From: an uncultured Staphylococcaceae bacterium
Lineage (GTDB): Bacteria; Bacillota_I; Bacilli_A; RFN20; CAG-826
Direction: 5' to 3'
DNA length: 64,000 nt
Assembly: GCA_964433025.1 (NCBI GenBank)
Contig: CAYSPV010000002.1
Span: 3,677-67,676, forward strand
Shown here: piece by piece, positions 1-10,882 of the stretch
Layout: every line of letters begins with the position of its first letter
Position numbering within the stretch: the stretch's first letter is position 1
Translations under genes and position numbers: made by a program
The notes under the pieces: model-generated
Databases searched by the model: none
Told to the model about the DNA's origin: nothing
The model's input: only the letters and a program-made list of their open reading frames with translations

Positions 1-753
1 AATTAAGACTCCATCTCCTATTTTCCCATCATTACCGCTATTAGCGTTAGCGTTGCTACAATCTAAAACAATAACAATATCGGGTTTAATATGATTAGGT
101 ATAACTTTTGCACCTCTAGCCCCAACTTCTTCATCAACTGAAGCTCCTATATATAAATCAAAAGGTAAGTCTTTATCTTTAAAATATCTTAATAATTCTA
201 TTCCTAAGACTATTGAATATCTATTATCTATAGCTTTAGAAATTAAACGATTAGCATCGTTTATTAATAATGTAGGACCAATAAATGAAATCATATCTCC
301 TATTTGTATATTATGATCTAAAGCGTCTTGTTTTGATTTAAAACCAAAATCAAATTTAACATCACTTATATTAGAAGCATCTTTTTTAATTCCATTTAAA
401 TCAGCAGCACCCACATATTCTTTATTATCACTACTAGTTAATAAAAATCTAGTTCCCTTAATCGCGTCAATTGAAATACTACCTATATTATGAACATTTA
501 TTAAACCATTATCATTAATCCATCTAACAATAAATCCTACTTCATCCATATGTCCATCTATTAGAACTTTATAAGCATTTTTAACTTTAGATTTTTTATA
601 AGCAAATAAATTACCTAAATTATCTTTGATAATTTCATATCCTAAATCTTTATATTCTTTTATTAAAACTCTAGCGATTTTATTTTCATATGAAGATATC
701 GCGTTTATTTGACAATATTTTTTAAATAATTCATATTCTTCTTTTTTAAACAT
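1..753 (-). CDS. M42 family aminopeptidase (FrvX/PepA-like); C-terminus runs off the window start
   Basis: Absent from the ORF track because it is open at position 1. My reverse translation from the ATG at 753-751 gives MFKKEEYELFKKY... and contains VLIDGHMDEVGF (M42 metal-site region). RBS AAAGGAG lies about 9 nt upstream. Confidence 0.75.
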   Translation of the reverse strand, partial: MFKKEEYELFKKYCQINAISSYENKIARVLIKEYKDLGYEIIKDNLGNLFAYKKSKVKNAYKVLIDGHMDEVGFIVRWINDNGLINVHNIGSISIDAIKGTRFLLTSSDNKEYVGAADLNGIKKDASNISDVKFDFGFKSKQDALDHNIQIGDMISFIGPTLLINDANRLISKAIDNRYSIVLGIELLRYFKDKDLPFDLYIGASVDEEVGARGAKVIPNHIKPDIVIVLDCSNANANSGNDGKIGDGVLI

Positions 754-759
754 ATATCT

Positions 760-1374
760 TTACTCCTTTATTACTTCTAATCTATATATTTTTTGATTGT
801 TATTTCTAAAATAGCTTTCATAATCTGTTATTTCATCAAATGTATTATCAAATTTATAATCATAATCGATATTTAATATTTTAAACTTTGAATTATTAAA
901 GTATTTAATAGAATCTTCAAATAATAATTCATTATCAGTTTTAAACTTTAATGTTCCACCTATTTTTAAGATTTTATAATAGCAATCTAATAAATTATTA
1001 GATGTTAATCTTCTTTTATGATGTCTTTTTTTAGGCCATGGATCAGAAAAGTTTAACACAATTGTGTTAATACTTTCTTCTTTTATTCCTTCTAATATAT
1101 CATTTATGTCTTTTGCAATAATAAGGGCATTATCAACATTATTATCTATTAATTTTTTTAAAGTTATACCTGCACAGGTAGGATTTTTTTCTACTCCAAT
1201 AAAATAATAATTATTAAATCTTAAGGCCATTTTATAAAGATAATCACCTTTACCAGATCCTATTTCTAAGATGATATTTTCTTTATTAAATATTGATTTA
1301 TCAATATTTGTAGGTGATAAATCTTCTCTAGTATTTAAAAGGTCCACTGCCCATTTTTTAAATTTAGTTCTCAT
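760..1374 (-). CDS. trmB: tRNA (guanine46-N7)-methyltransferase
   Basis: SAM motif LEIGSGKGD and the TrmB signature NFSDPWPKKRHHKRRL. Its start overlaps the upstream gene by 4 nt. Confidence 0.9.
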   Translation of the reverse strand: MRTKFKKWAVDLLNTREDLSPTNIDKSIFNKENIILEIGSGKGDYLYKMALRFNNYYFIGVEKNPTCAGITLKKLIDNNVDNALIIAKDINDILEGIKEESINTIVLNFSDPWPKKRHHKRRLTSNNLLDCYYKILKIGGTLKFKTDNELLFEDSIKYFNNSKFKILNIDYDYKFDNTFDEITDYESYFRNNNQKIYRLEVIKE

Positions 1375-3359
1375 TTTTTACTTATTAGTTTTCCTAAAGA
1401 TAAAATTGCATCTAAATATATTTTCATCGCTAAATAAAAATCAGATAGTCTAATTTGTTCATCTGCTTCATGCATGTGAGTAGGAAAATCAGCATGTTGC
1501 ATACCAAACGCTACTGTGTTATTTGCCTCTTTAGCGTACGTCCCTCCACCTGTTGTAATAGGTTTAGATTTTTTATCTTTACTTACTCTTTGATAAGATT
1601 TTAATAATGTTTTAATTAAAGGTGATTTTTTATCAAAATATAATAGTTTCGAAGACTCTAAAAAACTTATCTTATAATCTTTTAAATTCGCCACGATATT
1701 ATTTTTAATAATATTTTCATCACAACCATTTACATATCTAAAATTAACCCCTATATCAATAATGTCTTTTCCATAATTTAATAAACCGACATTAAAGGAG
1801 TTATTACCCATATCTTTACTATAACCTTCAATGTTTAGACCACTTCCATCTAAAGGAGTAATAAAATTCATTAAATTTATAAATTGTTCATTATCTTTAT
1901 AATATTCTTTTAAAGCATTTAATATTTCTATAGATGAATTAACACCTAATTCTGGAGTAGATCCATGAGCAGATTTTCCATAATGAATGATAGTGTACAC
2001 TCCATCTTTAAAAGTAGATTCATCGATTAAATTTTTATTAGATAAAAGATTAAAAATCTTTTCATCATCTACTTTAATAATAGTCTTATCTATCACTGCG
2101 TTATAAGCAACTCCACTTGTAATAGAGATTAAATGCTCTAATTTAAGACTTCCTTTAATATTAAAGTTAATAAATCCTTTTTCACCATAAACAATAGGAA
2201 ATTCACTATCGGGAGTAAAACCATATGTGGGTTGAGGCTTTTTAAGTGTATCAAAATAATATTTAACACATTCTGAACCATTTTCTTCATTACCGCCGAT
2301 TACAAATCTTATTTTATAATCTTTGGCTAAATTATTTTCTTTTATAGCTTTTAAGGCATAATAACAACAAATTAAAGGTCCTTTATCATCACTTACACCT
2401 CTACCATATAAAATGTCATCTTTAAGTGTTACTTCAAATGGATTATAAGACCATTTACCAGTTGCAGGCACAACATCTGCGTGTGCTAACACTAGTATAT
2501 CTTTATCTCCTTCACCATAACTTATTTCTACGACTTTATTATCATAATTTATAGCCCTAAAACCATCTTTTATGGCTAGACCTGTAATATAATTTAAAGC
2601 TTTAGATACTCCTTTTCCAAAAGGATCAGCTTCTGATACAGACTTTTTATCATAACTAGAATCTATACTTACAAACTGCTTTAAAGTATTTAGTGCTTCA
2701 TCATGATATTTGTTTAATAATTCATCATAATTAATTCTTTTTGACATACTATTTTCTTCCTCTTTTCTATAATTGGTAAGTTTTGGAAATCCTTTAAATA
2801 AAGCGATTGCAACATTAGGAGTTATAAGCATCGCTAGGACAAGTTCAATTATACCATTTATTGTTATAATTGAAGCAAGTAAACCAAAATAACCACTTCC
2901 TGCAACATCAACATTATCTAAATTAAAAACATAAAGCATAGATAAGGTTAAAAATGAATGTATTAAAGACATAACACCAGAATTAATATAAAACAAAACA
3001 TACATTATTTTTTTATTCTTTAATTTTTTAATTAAAGAAAAGGTATAACCTGATAGTCCTCCAAATACCATTCTAGGTAATATTGATATTAATGGATTTA
3101 TAAATAATGGGTCTATAACACTGCTTGGCATAGAGACCGCTTTTATTAAGGAGGTAAGTCCAAAAATAAAACCATATAATAGACCTCTTTTAAAGCCAAA
3201 ACAAATCGCTCCAATTAAAACGACAACATGTAATATGGTAATAGAAATTCCTACACCAGGAATAGAAATATAACCTGTATAAGGAACAAAGGTTAAAATG
3301 ATAATAATAGCTAAAAATAAAGAATCAATACATAACTGTAATACTTTATTATTTCTCAT
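1371..3359 (-). CDS. In-frame fusion of an N-terminal ECF-transporter S-component-like 6-TM domain (aa 1-204) and an M20 PepV-type dipeptidase (aa 205-662)
   Basis: The N-terminus is hydrophobic with ECF-S-like segments (TFVPYTGYISIPG..., LPRMVFGG). The C-terminal part has M20 motifs (LAHADVVP, GRGVSDDKGP, GGNEENGS, HMHEADE). No stop codon separates the two parts. An internal ATG at 2747 is preceded by AAGAGGAAG. Confidence 0.75.
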   Translation of the reverse strand: MRNNKVLQLCIDSLFLAIIIILTFVPYTGYISIPGVGISITILHVVVLIGAICFGFKRGLLYGFIFGLTSLIKAVSMPSSVIDPLFINPLISILPRMVFGGLSGYTFSLIKKLKNKKIMYVLFYINSGVMSLIHSFLTLSMLYVFNLDNVDVAGSGYFGLLASIITINGIIELVLAMLITPNVAIALFKGFPKLTNYRKEEENSMSKRINYDELLNKYHDEALNTLKQFVSIDSSYDKKSVSEADPFGKGVSKALNYITGLAIKDGFRAINYDNKVVEISYGEGDKDILVLAHADVVPATGKWSYNPFEVTLKDDILYGRGVSDDKGPLICCYYALKAIKENNLAKDYKIRFVIGGNEENGSECVKYYFDTLKKPQPTYGFTPDSEFPIVYGEKGFINFNIKGSLKLEHLISITSGVAYNAVIDKTIIKVDDEKIFNLLSNKNLIDESTFKDGVYTIIHYGKSAHGSTPELGVNSSIEILNALKEYYKDNEQFINLMNFITPLDGSGLNIEGYSKDMGNNSFNVGLLNYGKDIIDIGVNFRYVNGCDENIIKNNIVANLKDYKISFLESSKLLYFDKKSPLIKTLLKSYQRVSKDKKSKPITTGGGTYAKEANNTVAFGMQHADFPTHMHEADEQIRLSDFYLAMKIYLDAILSLGKLISKK

Positions 3360-4128
3360 TATTATCGCTCACATTTCTTTTTAATATTTCATTTAAACCG
3401 TCAAGCACTAATTTGTTGTCATAGATGTAGCCTAATTTAATAAATTCATCTTTTAGATGAATAGCGTTTCCACCTGTGACCACTATTTTAAAGTCATAAT
3501 TATATTGCTCTTTAATCTTATTTATAAAACCTTCTAACATTAAAATATGACCTAATATAACACCAGATTTAATCGCATCTATAGAATTCTTACCTAAAAT
3601 ATTTTTAGGTAAAGTATAATCTGTATCTGGAAGTAAAGCAGTCTTACTTGTAAGACTATCTTTAGAAATACTAAGACCTGGAATAAATATACAACCAATA
3701 AATATGGAGTTATTATCCACGACTAAAATCTTAGTCGCAGTCCCCATATCAATAATAATTAAAGGTGAATTATATTTAGCTATACCACCACATACATCAC
3801 AAATTAAATCCGAACCTAATTCTTTAATATTATCAATTCTAAATATTACTTTAGTTTTAAAACCTATAGACATAATCATAGGTTTAACTTTAAACATCTT
3901 TTCAAACACTGATGATATGACATCATTAATTTTAGGCACGACTGATGAGATGATAATATGTTTGATATCACTATTTAAATATTTAGAAAACAAATCTAAA
4001 AATAGACTATAATAATCGCCTTCTAATTTATTTAAATCTGTAGAGACAATGTGTCGATCAATTAATTTATCGCCTTGATAAATTCCTATTTGAATCGTGG
4101 TATTTCCAATATCGATTAATATATTCAT
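3349..4128 (-). CDS. coaX: Type III pantothenate kinase
   Basis: N-terminal MNILIDIGNTT, internal DMGTATK and VVTGGNA, which are ASKHA/CoaX motifs. About 259 aa. Confidence 0.9.
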   Translation of the reverse strand: MNILIDIGNTTIQIGIYQGDKLIDRHIVSTDLNKLEGDYYSLFLDLFSKYLNSDIKHIIISSVVPKINDVISSVFEKMFKVKPMIMSIGFKTKVIFRIDNIKELGSDLICDVCGGIAKYNSPLIIIDMGTATKILVVDNNSIFIGCIFIPGLSISKDSLTSKTALLPDTDYTLPKNILGKNSIDAIKSGVILGHILMLEGFINKIKEQYNYDFKIVVTGGNAIHLKDEFIKLGYIYDNKLVLDGLNEILKRNVSDNNEK

Positions 4129-4188
4129 AATTTACCTCCATACAATCTTTTTTAAAGTATCGTTAGATGAAATTATTAATTAATAATT

Positions 4189-6594
4189 TTAAATTGCTAC
4201 GATATTTACAATTTTATTTTTTACTATGATAACTTTTTTAATTTCCTTTCCTTGAGTATGTCTAATTATAGATTCTAATTTAAACACCTCTTCTTTTAAG
4301 GTCTCATCATCTATATCTTTACTAATAGTAATATTAGCTCTTAATTTACCATTAACTTGAATTGCAATAGTTATCGTATCTAATTTTAATTTAGCTTCAT
4401 CATAAGTTGGCCAACTTTCATAATCTATTAAATTATCATGACCTAACATAGAATATAATTCTTCTCCTAAAAATGGACAAATACAGGCTAACATTTTCAC
4501 AAAACCTTCCATATAAGGTTTATAAATAGATTTAGCTTTATAAACATCGTTTATAAAAATCATCATCTGAGATATAGCAGTGTTAAATTGTAATGTCTCA
4601 AAATCATTAGTGACTTTCTTAACTAGATAGTTATAGGAGTAGTCGAGTTCGCCGCTATTTTCATCTGAAAACTTAGAGAAGTATTCGTTATCTTCAAATA
4701 AACGATATACCCTATCTAAAAATCTTCTACTACCTTCTAAACCTTTACTTGACCAAGGAAGCATAGCTTCTAAAGGTCCCATAAACATTTCATATAATCT
4801 TAAAGCATCCGCTCCATATTGTTCGATAAGTTCATCAGGATTAACAACATTTCCTCTAGATTTAGACATTTTTTCTCCATTTTCTCCTAAAATCATTCCT
4901 TGATGGAATAATTTTTTAAATGGTTCTTTACAGTCCACTATTCCTTCATCATATAAAAACTTATGCCAAAATCTAGCATATAATAAATGTAGTACTGCAT
5001 GTTCTGCCCCACCTATATATAAATCAACAGGTAACCAATGTTTTAATAATTTTGGATCTGCTAACTCTTTATCATTATGTGGATCAATATAGCGGATATA
5101 ATACCAACATGATCCTGCCCATTGAGGCATCGTATTTGTTTCTCTTAGACCATGTTTTCCATCAATGACTACATTTAACCAGTTAGTCGCGTGCACTAAG
5201 GGGGATTCACCTGTACCTGATGGTTTATATTCATCAAGTTCAGGTAAGACTAATGGTAATTCATTTTCATCTACAGGTCTTAAGGTATTATCATCCATGA
5301 TAATAATAGGAATAGGTTCACCCCAATATCTTTGTCTAGAGAATAGCCAATCTCTTAATTTATAAGAGATTTTTTTATTTCCTAAACCTAATGATTGTAA
5401 TTTTTCTAAGATTACTTTTTTAGCGTCTGCGATATTTAATCCATTTGCAATACCGCTATTGATGTGTTTGGCGTCTCCTTCAAAAGCTTGACCTTCAACA
5501 TCATTTTCTAAAACTTTTATTATTGGTAAGTTATGTTGTGTAGCAAATTCATAATCTCTTTGATCATGAGCAGGTACAGCCATAACCGCACCACTACCAT
5601 AACTTACTAAAACATAATCAGCTATATAAATAGGAACTTCTTTATTGTTTATTGGATTAATCGCATACGCTCCAATAAATACACCTGTTTTTTCTTTTGT
5701 AACTATTTGTCTATCTAAATCAGATTTATGGGCTATTTCTTCTTGATATTTTTTAACTGCAGCTAAACATTTTTTTGAAGTTATTTTTTCTACTAATGGA
5801 TGTTCAGGTGCTAAACAACAATAAGTACATCCATATAATGTATCTAATCTGGTAGTAAATACTTCAAAAGATACATCATTAAAGTCTTTGACTTTAAAAG
5901 TAATATTAGCCCCTTCACTTCTACCTATCCAATTTCTTTGCATATCTAAAGTAGATATAGGCCAATCTAGACCATCTAAATCTTCTAATAATCTTTCAGC
6001 ATAAGAAGTAATTTTTAAAAGCCATTGACGCATGGGTTTTCTAATTACTTCATATCCACCTACTTCAGATTTTCCATCTATTACTTCTTCATTAGCTAAT
6101 ACTGTTCCTAGTGTGGGACAAAAATTAACTGGTCTATAATCAATATAGGCTAAATCTTTATTAAACATCTTTAAAAAGATGTCTTGAGTCCATTTATAAT
6201 ATGATGGTTCACATGTTGTTATTTCTTTATCCCAGTCATAAGAAAAGCCGAAGGCTTTTATTTGCTTTTTAAAGCGTTTAATATTAGCTTTGGTAAATTC
6301 CATTGGATGTTTATTCATCTTAATAGAATATTGTTCAGCGGGTAAACCAAAAGCATCCCATCCCATAGGATGTAAGACATTATAGCCTTGCATTCTTTTC
6401 ATTCTTGCCACGATATCTGAGGCGGTATAGCCTTCAGGATGACCAACATGAAGACCTTGTCCAGATGGATAAGGAAACATATCTAAAACATAATATTTAG
6501 GCTTACTAAAATCAGAAGTATCACAATAATATGTTTTATTTTTGTCCCATATTTTTAAATATTTAGCTTCAATTTGTTTATGATTATAAGGCAT
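4189..6594 (-). CDS. leuS: Leucyl-tRNA synthetase
   Basis: HIGH-type motif (LHVGHPEGY), KMSKS motif ([10 protein letters not shown]) and 801 aa bacterial LeuS architecture. Confidence 0.97.
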   Translation of the reverse strand: MPYNHKQIEAKYLKIWDKNKTYYCDTSDFSKPKYYVLDMFPYPSGQGLHVGHPEGYTASDIVARMKRMQGYNVLHPMGWDAFGLPAEQYSIKMNKHPMEFTKANIKRFKKQIKAFGFSYDWDKEITTCEPSYYKWTQDIFLKMFNKDLAYIDYRPVNFCPTLGTVLANEEVIDGKSEVGGYEVIRKPMRQWLLKITSYAERLLEDLDGLDWPISTLDMQRNWIGRSEGANITFKVKDFNDVSFEVFTTRLDTLYGCTYCCLAPEHPLVEKITSKKCLAAVKKYQEEIAHKSDLDRQIVTKEKTGVFIGAYAINPINNKEVPIYIADYVLVSYGSGAVMAVPAHDQRDYEFATQHNLPIIKVLENDVEGQAFEGDAKHINSGIANGLNIADAKKVILEKLQSLGLGNKKISYKLRDWLFSRQRYWGEPIPIIIMDDNTLRPVDENELPLVLPELDEYKPSGTGESPLVHATNWLNVVIDGKHGLRETNTMPQWAGSCWYYIRYIDPHNDKELADPKLLKHWLPVDLYIGGAEHAVLHLLYARFWHKFLYDEGIVDCKEPFKKLFHQGMILGENGEKMSKSRGNVVNPDELIEQYGADALRLYEMFMGPLEAMLPWSSKGLEGSRRFLDRVYRLFEDNEYFSKFSDENSGELDYSYNYLVKKVTNDFETLQFNTAISQMMIFINDVYKAKSIYKPYMEGFVKMLACICPFLGEELYSMLGHDNLIDYESWPTYDEAKLKLDTITIAIQVNGKLRANITISKDIDDETLKEEVFKLESIIRHTQGKEIKKVIIVKNKIVNIVAI

Positions 6595-6607
6595 AAGTTA
6601 CTCTTTT

Positions 6608-8041
6608 CTATTTATTTTTAATAGCGTCTTTATATAAACCAAGATATAGTTTAGCACTTTTAAGCCAACTATGGTCTACTTTTAAAGCATTTTTAATAAG
6701 GGTATTAAAAATACTCTTATTATTATAAAAGTTTAAAGCATACAAACAAGTATTTTTAAAAGCTTCATAAGAATAATCATCAAAGCCAAATCCATTAGCG
6801 TTAGCTAAATTATAATTATCATATCCAATAACAGAATCTTTTAAACCACCAGTTCTTCTTACAATTGGAAGAGTGCCATATCTTTGGGCAATCATTTGAC
6901 CAATACCACATGGCTCAAATAATGATGGCATCATAAAATAATCACTTCCAGCATAAATTAGATGGGCAAGTTTATCACTATAGCCAATATAAAGACCGAC
7001 ATTATTTGGATAAGTTCCTCTTAATATTTCAAATCCTTGTTCTAAATTATATTCTCCAGATCCTAATATTATAATATTAGCACCACTTCTTACTAAGTCA
7101 TAACAACTACTTAATAAAATATCTATTCCTTTTTGCCAGGTAAGACGACTTACTAACGCAAATAAAGGTCGATTATCATCTTCTAAATTAAAATAGTTAT
7201 ATAAAGCTTTTTTATTTTCTTTTTTACCTATTTCATAGGTATTAATATCAAATGTTTTAGCAATGTATTCATCTGCGCTTGGATTAAATTCATCAATGTC
7301 TATACCATTTAAAAATCCCGCGAAGTCATAAGTTTTAAATTGTAAGACTACATCTAAACCTTTACTTCCATCTTTTGATAATAATTCTTCCCTATGAGTG
7401 GGTGACACAGTAGTAATCTTATCTGCGTATATAATTCCACTTTTCAAAGTGGAAACATTACCATAAAATTCGACATTACCATTGTTATATAATTCATCAC
7501 TTAGATTATAAAAATCACCCAAAACTATCTTATCAAACATCCCTTGGAAAGCGGGATTATGTATTGTTAAAACAAATTTAGTGTTTTTAAAGATGTCTTG
7601 TCTTGGTTTTTCTTCTTTAATTAAACAAGGAAGCATTCCAGGTTGCCAGTCATGGACATGAATGATATCAGGTGCATATTTTAAGACTTCTAATAACTTC
7701 TTCGTGGCAAGTGTAAAATATGCAAATCTTTCACCATCATCAAAATCACCATATAGGTGTCCACGATTAAAATATTGATTGTTTTGAATTAGATAATATG
7801 TAATGCCTTTAATGTTAATTGTGTATATCTCACATAAAGCATGTCTCCAAGACATATCAACATAAAAACTACAAACATATTTAACATCAAAACGATTATA
7901 AGCATTACTATAATATGGCATTATAATCGTTACTTCATTTTTAAGTGTCACTAAGTTTTGACTTAATGCATAAACAACATCTGCTAGTCCGCCAGTTTTC
8001 GCTATTGGATTTGCTTCAGATGCTACCATTACTATTTTCAT
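6608..8041 (-). CDS. glgA: Glycogen synthase (ADP-glucose type, GT5)
   Basis: N-terminal KTGGLADV motif, 477 aa, adjacent to glgC/glgD. Confidence 0.93.
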   Translation of the reverse strand: MKIVMVASEANPIAKTGGLADVVYALSQNLVTLKNEVTIIMPYYSNAYNRFDVKYVCSFYVDMSWRHALCEIYTINIKGITYYLIQNNQYFNRGHLYGDFDDGERFAYFTLATKKLLEVLKYAPDIIHVHDWQPGMLPCLIKEEKPRQDIFKNTKFVLTIHNPAFQGMFDKIVLGDFYNLSDELYNNGNVEFYGNVSTLKSGIIYADKITTVSPTHREELLSKDGSKGLDVVLQFKTYDFAGFLNGIDIDEFNPSADEYIAKTFDINTYEIGKKENKKALYNYFNLEDDNRPLFALVSRLTWQKGIDILLSSCYDLVRSGANIIILGSGEYNLEQGFEILRGTYPNNVGLYIGYSDKLAHLIYAGSDYFMMPSLFEPCGIGQMIAQRYGTLPIVRRTGGLKDSVIGYDNYNLANANGFGFDDYSYEAFKNTCLYALNFYNNKSIFNTLIKNALKVDHSWLKSAKLYLGLYKDAIKNK

Positions 8042-8049
8042 AAAATTAA

Positions 8050-9162
8050 TTACCTTTTAATAAAGACTGGTGAGTCAATATCCCCTTCTATATCATCACA
8101 AATGTACACTGCTTTTTCGGTAATAATATGTTTAACTTTACAATTTTTATCAATTACAGAATCTGTAAATATTATCGAATTAGAAACAGTCGCGCCTTTT
8201 TCCACTACTACGTTTCTAGATAAAATAGAATGTTCAACTTTACCATTTATAATACAACCATTAGAAATAATAGAATCTTTAACATTAGCGTTTTCTAAAT
8301 ATTTAGCAGGTGGAGTGTCATGAGTTCTAGTATATATAGGCCAATCACGACGGAATAATTTTCTTCTATTTTCAAACTTAAGTAAACTAAAAGAATTTTT
8401 AATATAATCATCTAAAGACATAATAGGAATGACATAATGTTCAAATCTATATGTATCAATCTTTAGTTTTTCATTTTTTAATAGATAGTTAATCATATCA
8501 AAAATACTATAAGCTTTATTTATTTTAGGAGCTTTTTGTAAAATTTCTAAAAAGACATCTATAGATATAATAAATGTATCTAAAGATACATTAATATCAT
8601 CTTTAGTCTTAGAATTTCTTTTAAAAGCTTTAACAGTGTTATCATCATTTAATGTAACTAATTTAGATTTAGCAAAGTTTTTCTTTCCATCTTTGATAGG
8701 AACATAAACACAGGTAATTTTACTATTAAATTCTATGTGTTGATCTATTATTGGTCTAAAATCCATACTAGATAAATAATGAGCAGGCGCTACAACTACA
8801 TAGTCCACTAGATTACCAAAGTTTTTAATATGGTATAGATTCGCTAAGATATTATTTATATCTGTATTCCATGATGGTTTAGATAAACCATTTTCATTAA
8901 AAAAGACATTTTCAGATCCTATTTTGGTATTCATGGTCCAAGTCGCACCGCTTTGAATATGACCTAATACGGAATGAGGAAAACGATGAGCTAATATACA
9001 GACACTATCAATATTAGAATTAGTGAAGTTTGATAAAGTAAAGTCCATGATCGCAAAACGACCTAAAAATGTAACAGAGCCTAAAGCTCTTTTATCATTT
9101 AAATTAGGAATTAAAGGTGAAGTATGTAAATTACAAAATCCAATTACTCTTCTAGCGTTCAT
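8050..9162 (-). CDS. glgD: Glucose-1-phosphate adenylyltransferase regulatory-type subunit GlgD
   Basis: Paralog-like of GlgC with a left-handed beta-helix C-terminus, but it lacks the GGxGxRL motif. It sits between glgC and glgA as in Bacillota. Confidence 0.8.
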   Translation of the reverse strand: MNARRVIGFCNLHTSPLIPNLNDKRALGSVTFLGRFAIMDFTLSNFTNSNIDSVCILAHRFPHSVLGHIQSGATWTMNTKIGSENVFFNENGLSKPSWNTDINNILANLYHIKNFGNLVDYVVVAPAHYLSSMDFRPIIDQHIEFNSKITCVYVPIKDGKKNFAKSKLVTLNDDNTVKAFKRNSKTKDDINVSLDTFIISIDVFLEILQKAPKINKAYSIFDMINYLLKNEKLKIDTYRFEHYVIPIMSLDDYIKNSFSLLKFENRRKLFRRDWPIYTRTHDTPPAKYLENANVKDSIISNGCIINGKVEHSILSRNVVVEKGATVSNSIIFTDSVIDKNCKVKHIITEKAVYICDDIEGDIDSPVFIKR

Positions 9163-9176
9163 AATATTTTACTCCT

Positions 9177-10295
9177 TTAATGATTAACAAGTACGACTTC
9201 ATCACCATCTAAATTGATCTCTCTTTTATCACCAATCGTGGTGTTTGGCGCAATAATAGCGTTTCTTATTTTTACTCCACTTAAAATATGACTATTATTC
9301 ATAATCACACATCTAGAGACTTCCGCTCCTTGTTCGATAATTACATTATCTGATATTACACAATAATCCACAGAACCTAACACTATTGCTCCTTGATTAA
9401 TTAAACATCTAGTGGCTTTAGCATTTCTTCCTATATATTGAGGAACTGAGTGAGTGTCTTCAGAATAAATCATGCCATTATCTGGTGAATATAGACCTAA
9501 TTCATCTTTATTAGCTAATAGATCCATATTAGCTTCATGTAATGAAGTAATAGTACCGACATCTTTCCAATATTTTTTATATCTATAAACTTGCATTTTA
9601 CGTTTTTTATTTAACATGTTAGGAATAATATTTTTTCCAAAATCATGAGCAGACTTAACATCCTTTTCATCATCTTTTAAAAATCTTTTTAAAACTTTCC
9701 AAGTAAAAACATATACACCCATACTTACTAGATTTGATTTTGGTTCTTTTGGTTTTTCTTGAAAACCAATAATATTATCTTTTTCATCTACTTGTAAAAC
9801 TCCAAATCTAGAAGCTTCTTCAATAGGAATTTCCATAACAGATATTGTACAATCAACATTATTTTCTCCGTGTAAAGCAATCATTTCATTATAGGTAGTT
9901 TTATAAATATGATCTCCAGATAAAATTAAGACATATTCTGGTTTAAAAGAATCTATCCAATCCATATTTTGCATAATAGCATCTGCGGTTCCTCTATACC
10001 AATTAGCACTTTCTTCTGTTTGTCTTGGGGCTAGTGTTGACATTAATGAGTGAACACCGTTATATCCCCATTTTTCTCCATTACCAATATAAGAATCTAA
10101 TAAAGTAGATTCATATTGAGTACAAACACCTACGACTGGTATTTGTGAATTAGTGCAGTTAGATAAAGGAAAATCAATAATTCGATATTTAGCCGCAAAA
10201 CTTACAGCGGGTTTAGCAATTTTTTTGGTTAAAAATTCTAAACGTGTACCTTTTCCACCTGCTAGAACAATCGCGATTACATTATTATGGGCCAT
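9177..10295 (-). CDS. glgC: Glucose-1-phosphate adenylyltransferase
   Basis: LAGGKGTRL nucleotide-binding motif, FQEKP, 372 aa. Confidence 0.93.
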   Translation of the reverse strand: MAHNNVIAIVLAGGKGTRLEFLTKKIAKPAVSFAAKYRIIDFPLSNCTNSQIPVVGVCTQYESTLLDSYIGNGEKWGYNGVHSLMSTLAPRQTEESANWYRGTADAIMQNMDWIDSFKPEYVLILSGDHIYKTTYNEMIALHGENNVDCTISVMEIPIEEASRFGVLQVDEKDNIIGFQEKPKEPKSNLVSMGVYVFTWKVLKRFLKDDEKDVKSAHDFGKNIIPNMLNKKRKMQVYRYKKYWKDVGTITSLHEANMDLLANKDELGLYSPDNGMIYSEDTHSVPQYIGRNAKATRCLINQGAIVLGSVDYCVISDNVIIEQGAEVSRCVIMNNSHILSGVKIRNAIIAPNTTIGDKREINLDGDEVVLVNH

Positions 10296-10405
10296 AAATA
10301 TGTCTCCTAATTTTTATTTATAATTCATTTTAACAAATATTTATTTTAATAAAAATTAAAATATTATATGTTTAATCATAAAAAGTTATCTATAATAAAA
10401 ACGAT

Positions 10406-10876
10406 ATGAAAGTAAGACAATCTTTATTAAGAATAACTTTAACCTTTATAGCAGTAGCGCTCTTCCTGGCCCTACTAATTTTCTCTATGACTTTTAGTCT
10501 ATTTCTTACTTGGCCATGGGTATCAGGTTGTTATATTATCATTGGACTATATCTAGCCTCTTCTATTGTCTTTTATATTTTAACGATTAAATATAACTAC
10601 TATATCATTGAGAAAAAATGCATCATCATTCGTAAATATAATAAAAATCTTTATTATTATTTTGATGATATTATCTATATTGATGAAGAATATTCTAAAA
10701 AACATAAAATGATTTTATTTGTAACAAATAAAAAAGATGTTAGATATATAGTATTTGATAGAAAAAAGATTGTTTATGACACGATGATGAATAAATGTAA
10801 ACATTTATTAACTTATGAAGAGTTAATGGCTAAATATGGAGAAATTAAAGGTTTAAGAAAACCGAAAAATAAATAA
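10406..10876 (+). CDS. Small membrane protein with two N-terminal TM helices and a bacterial PH-like (DUF304/YdbS-type) C-terminal domain
   Basis: The hydrophobic N-terminus has two segments followed by a basic soluble domain. The family assignment is by architecture only. Confidence 0.4.
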   Translation: MKVRQSLLRITLTFIAVALFLALLIFSMTFSLFLTWPWVSGCYIIIGLYLASSIVFYILTIKYNYYIIEKKCIIIRKYNKNLYYYFDDIIYIDEEYSKKHKMILFVTNKKDVRYIVFDRKKIVYDTMMNKCKHLLTYEELMAKYGEIKGLRKPKNK

Positions 10877-10882
10877 TTATTT

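Noticed and set aside
1271-1453. Short ORFs in the supplied track lying antisense to, or out of frame within, well-supported genes. They are 1271-1453, 3704-4012, 5165-5365, 8102-8323, 17556-17753, 19853-20059, 26217-26426, 27354-27572, 30115-30351, 30962-31180, 32388-32612, 37276-37491, 45123-45428, 46864-47100, 49942-50211, 51559-51843, 57504-57704, 59137-59355 and 61130-61327.
   Set aside because: Each lies entirely or mostly inside a conserved CDS on the other strand or in another frame. Their translations are low-complexity (L/I/S/F/K-rich), as expected from the reverse complement of AT-rich coding sequence. None has an RBS or a recognisable motif.
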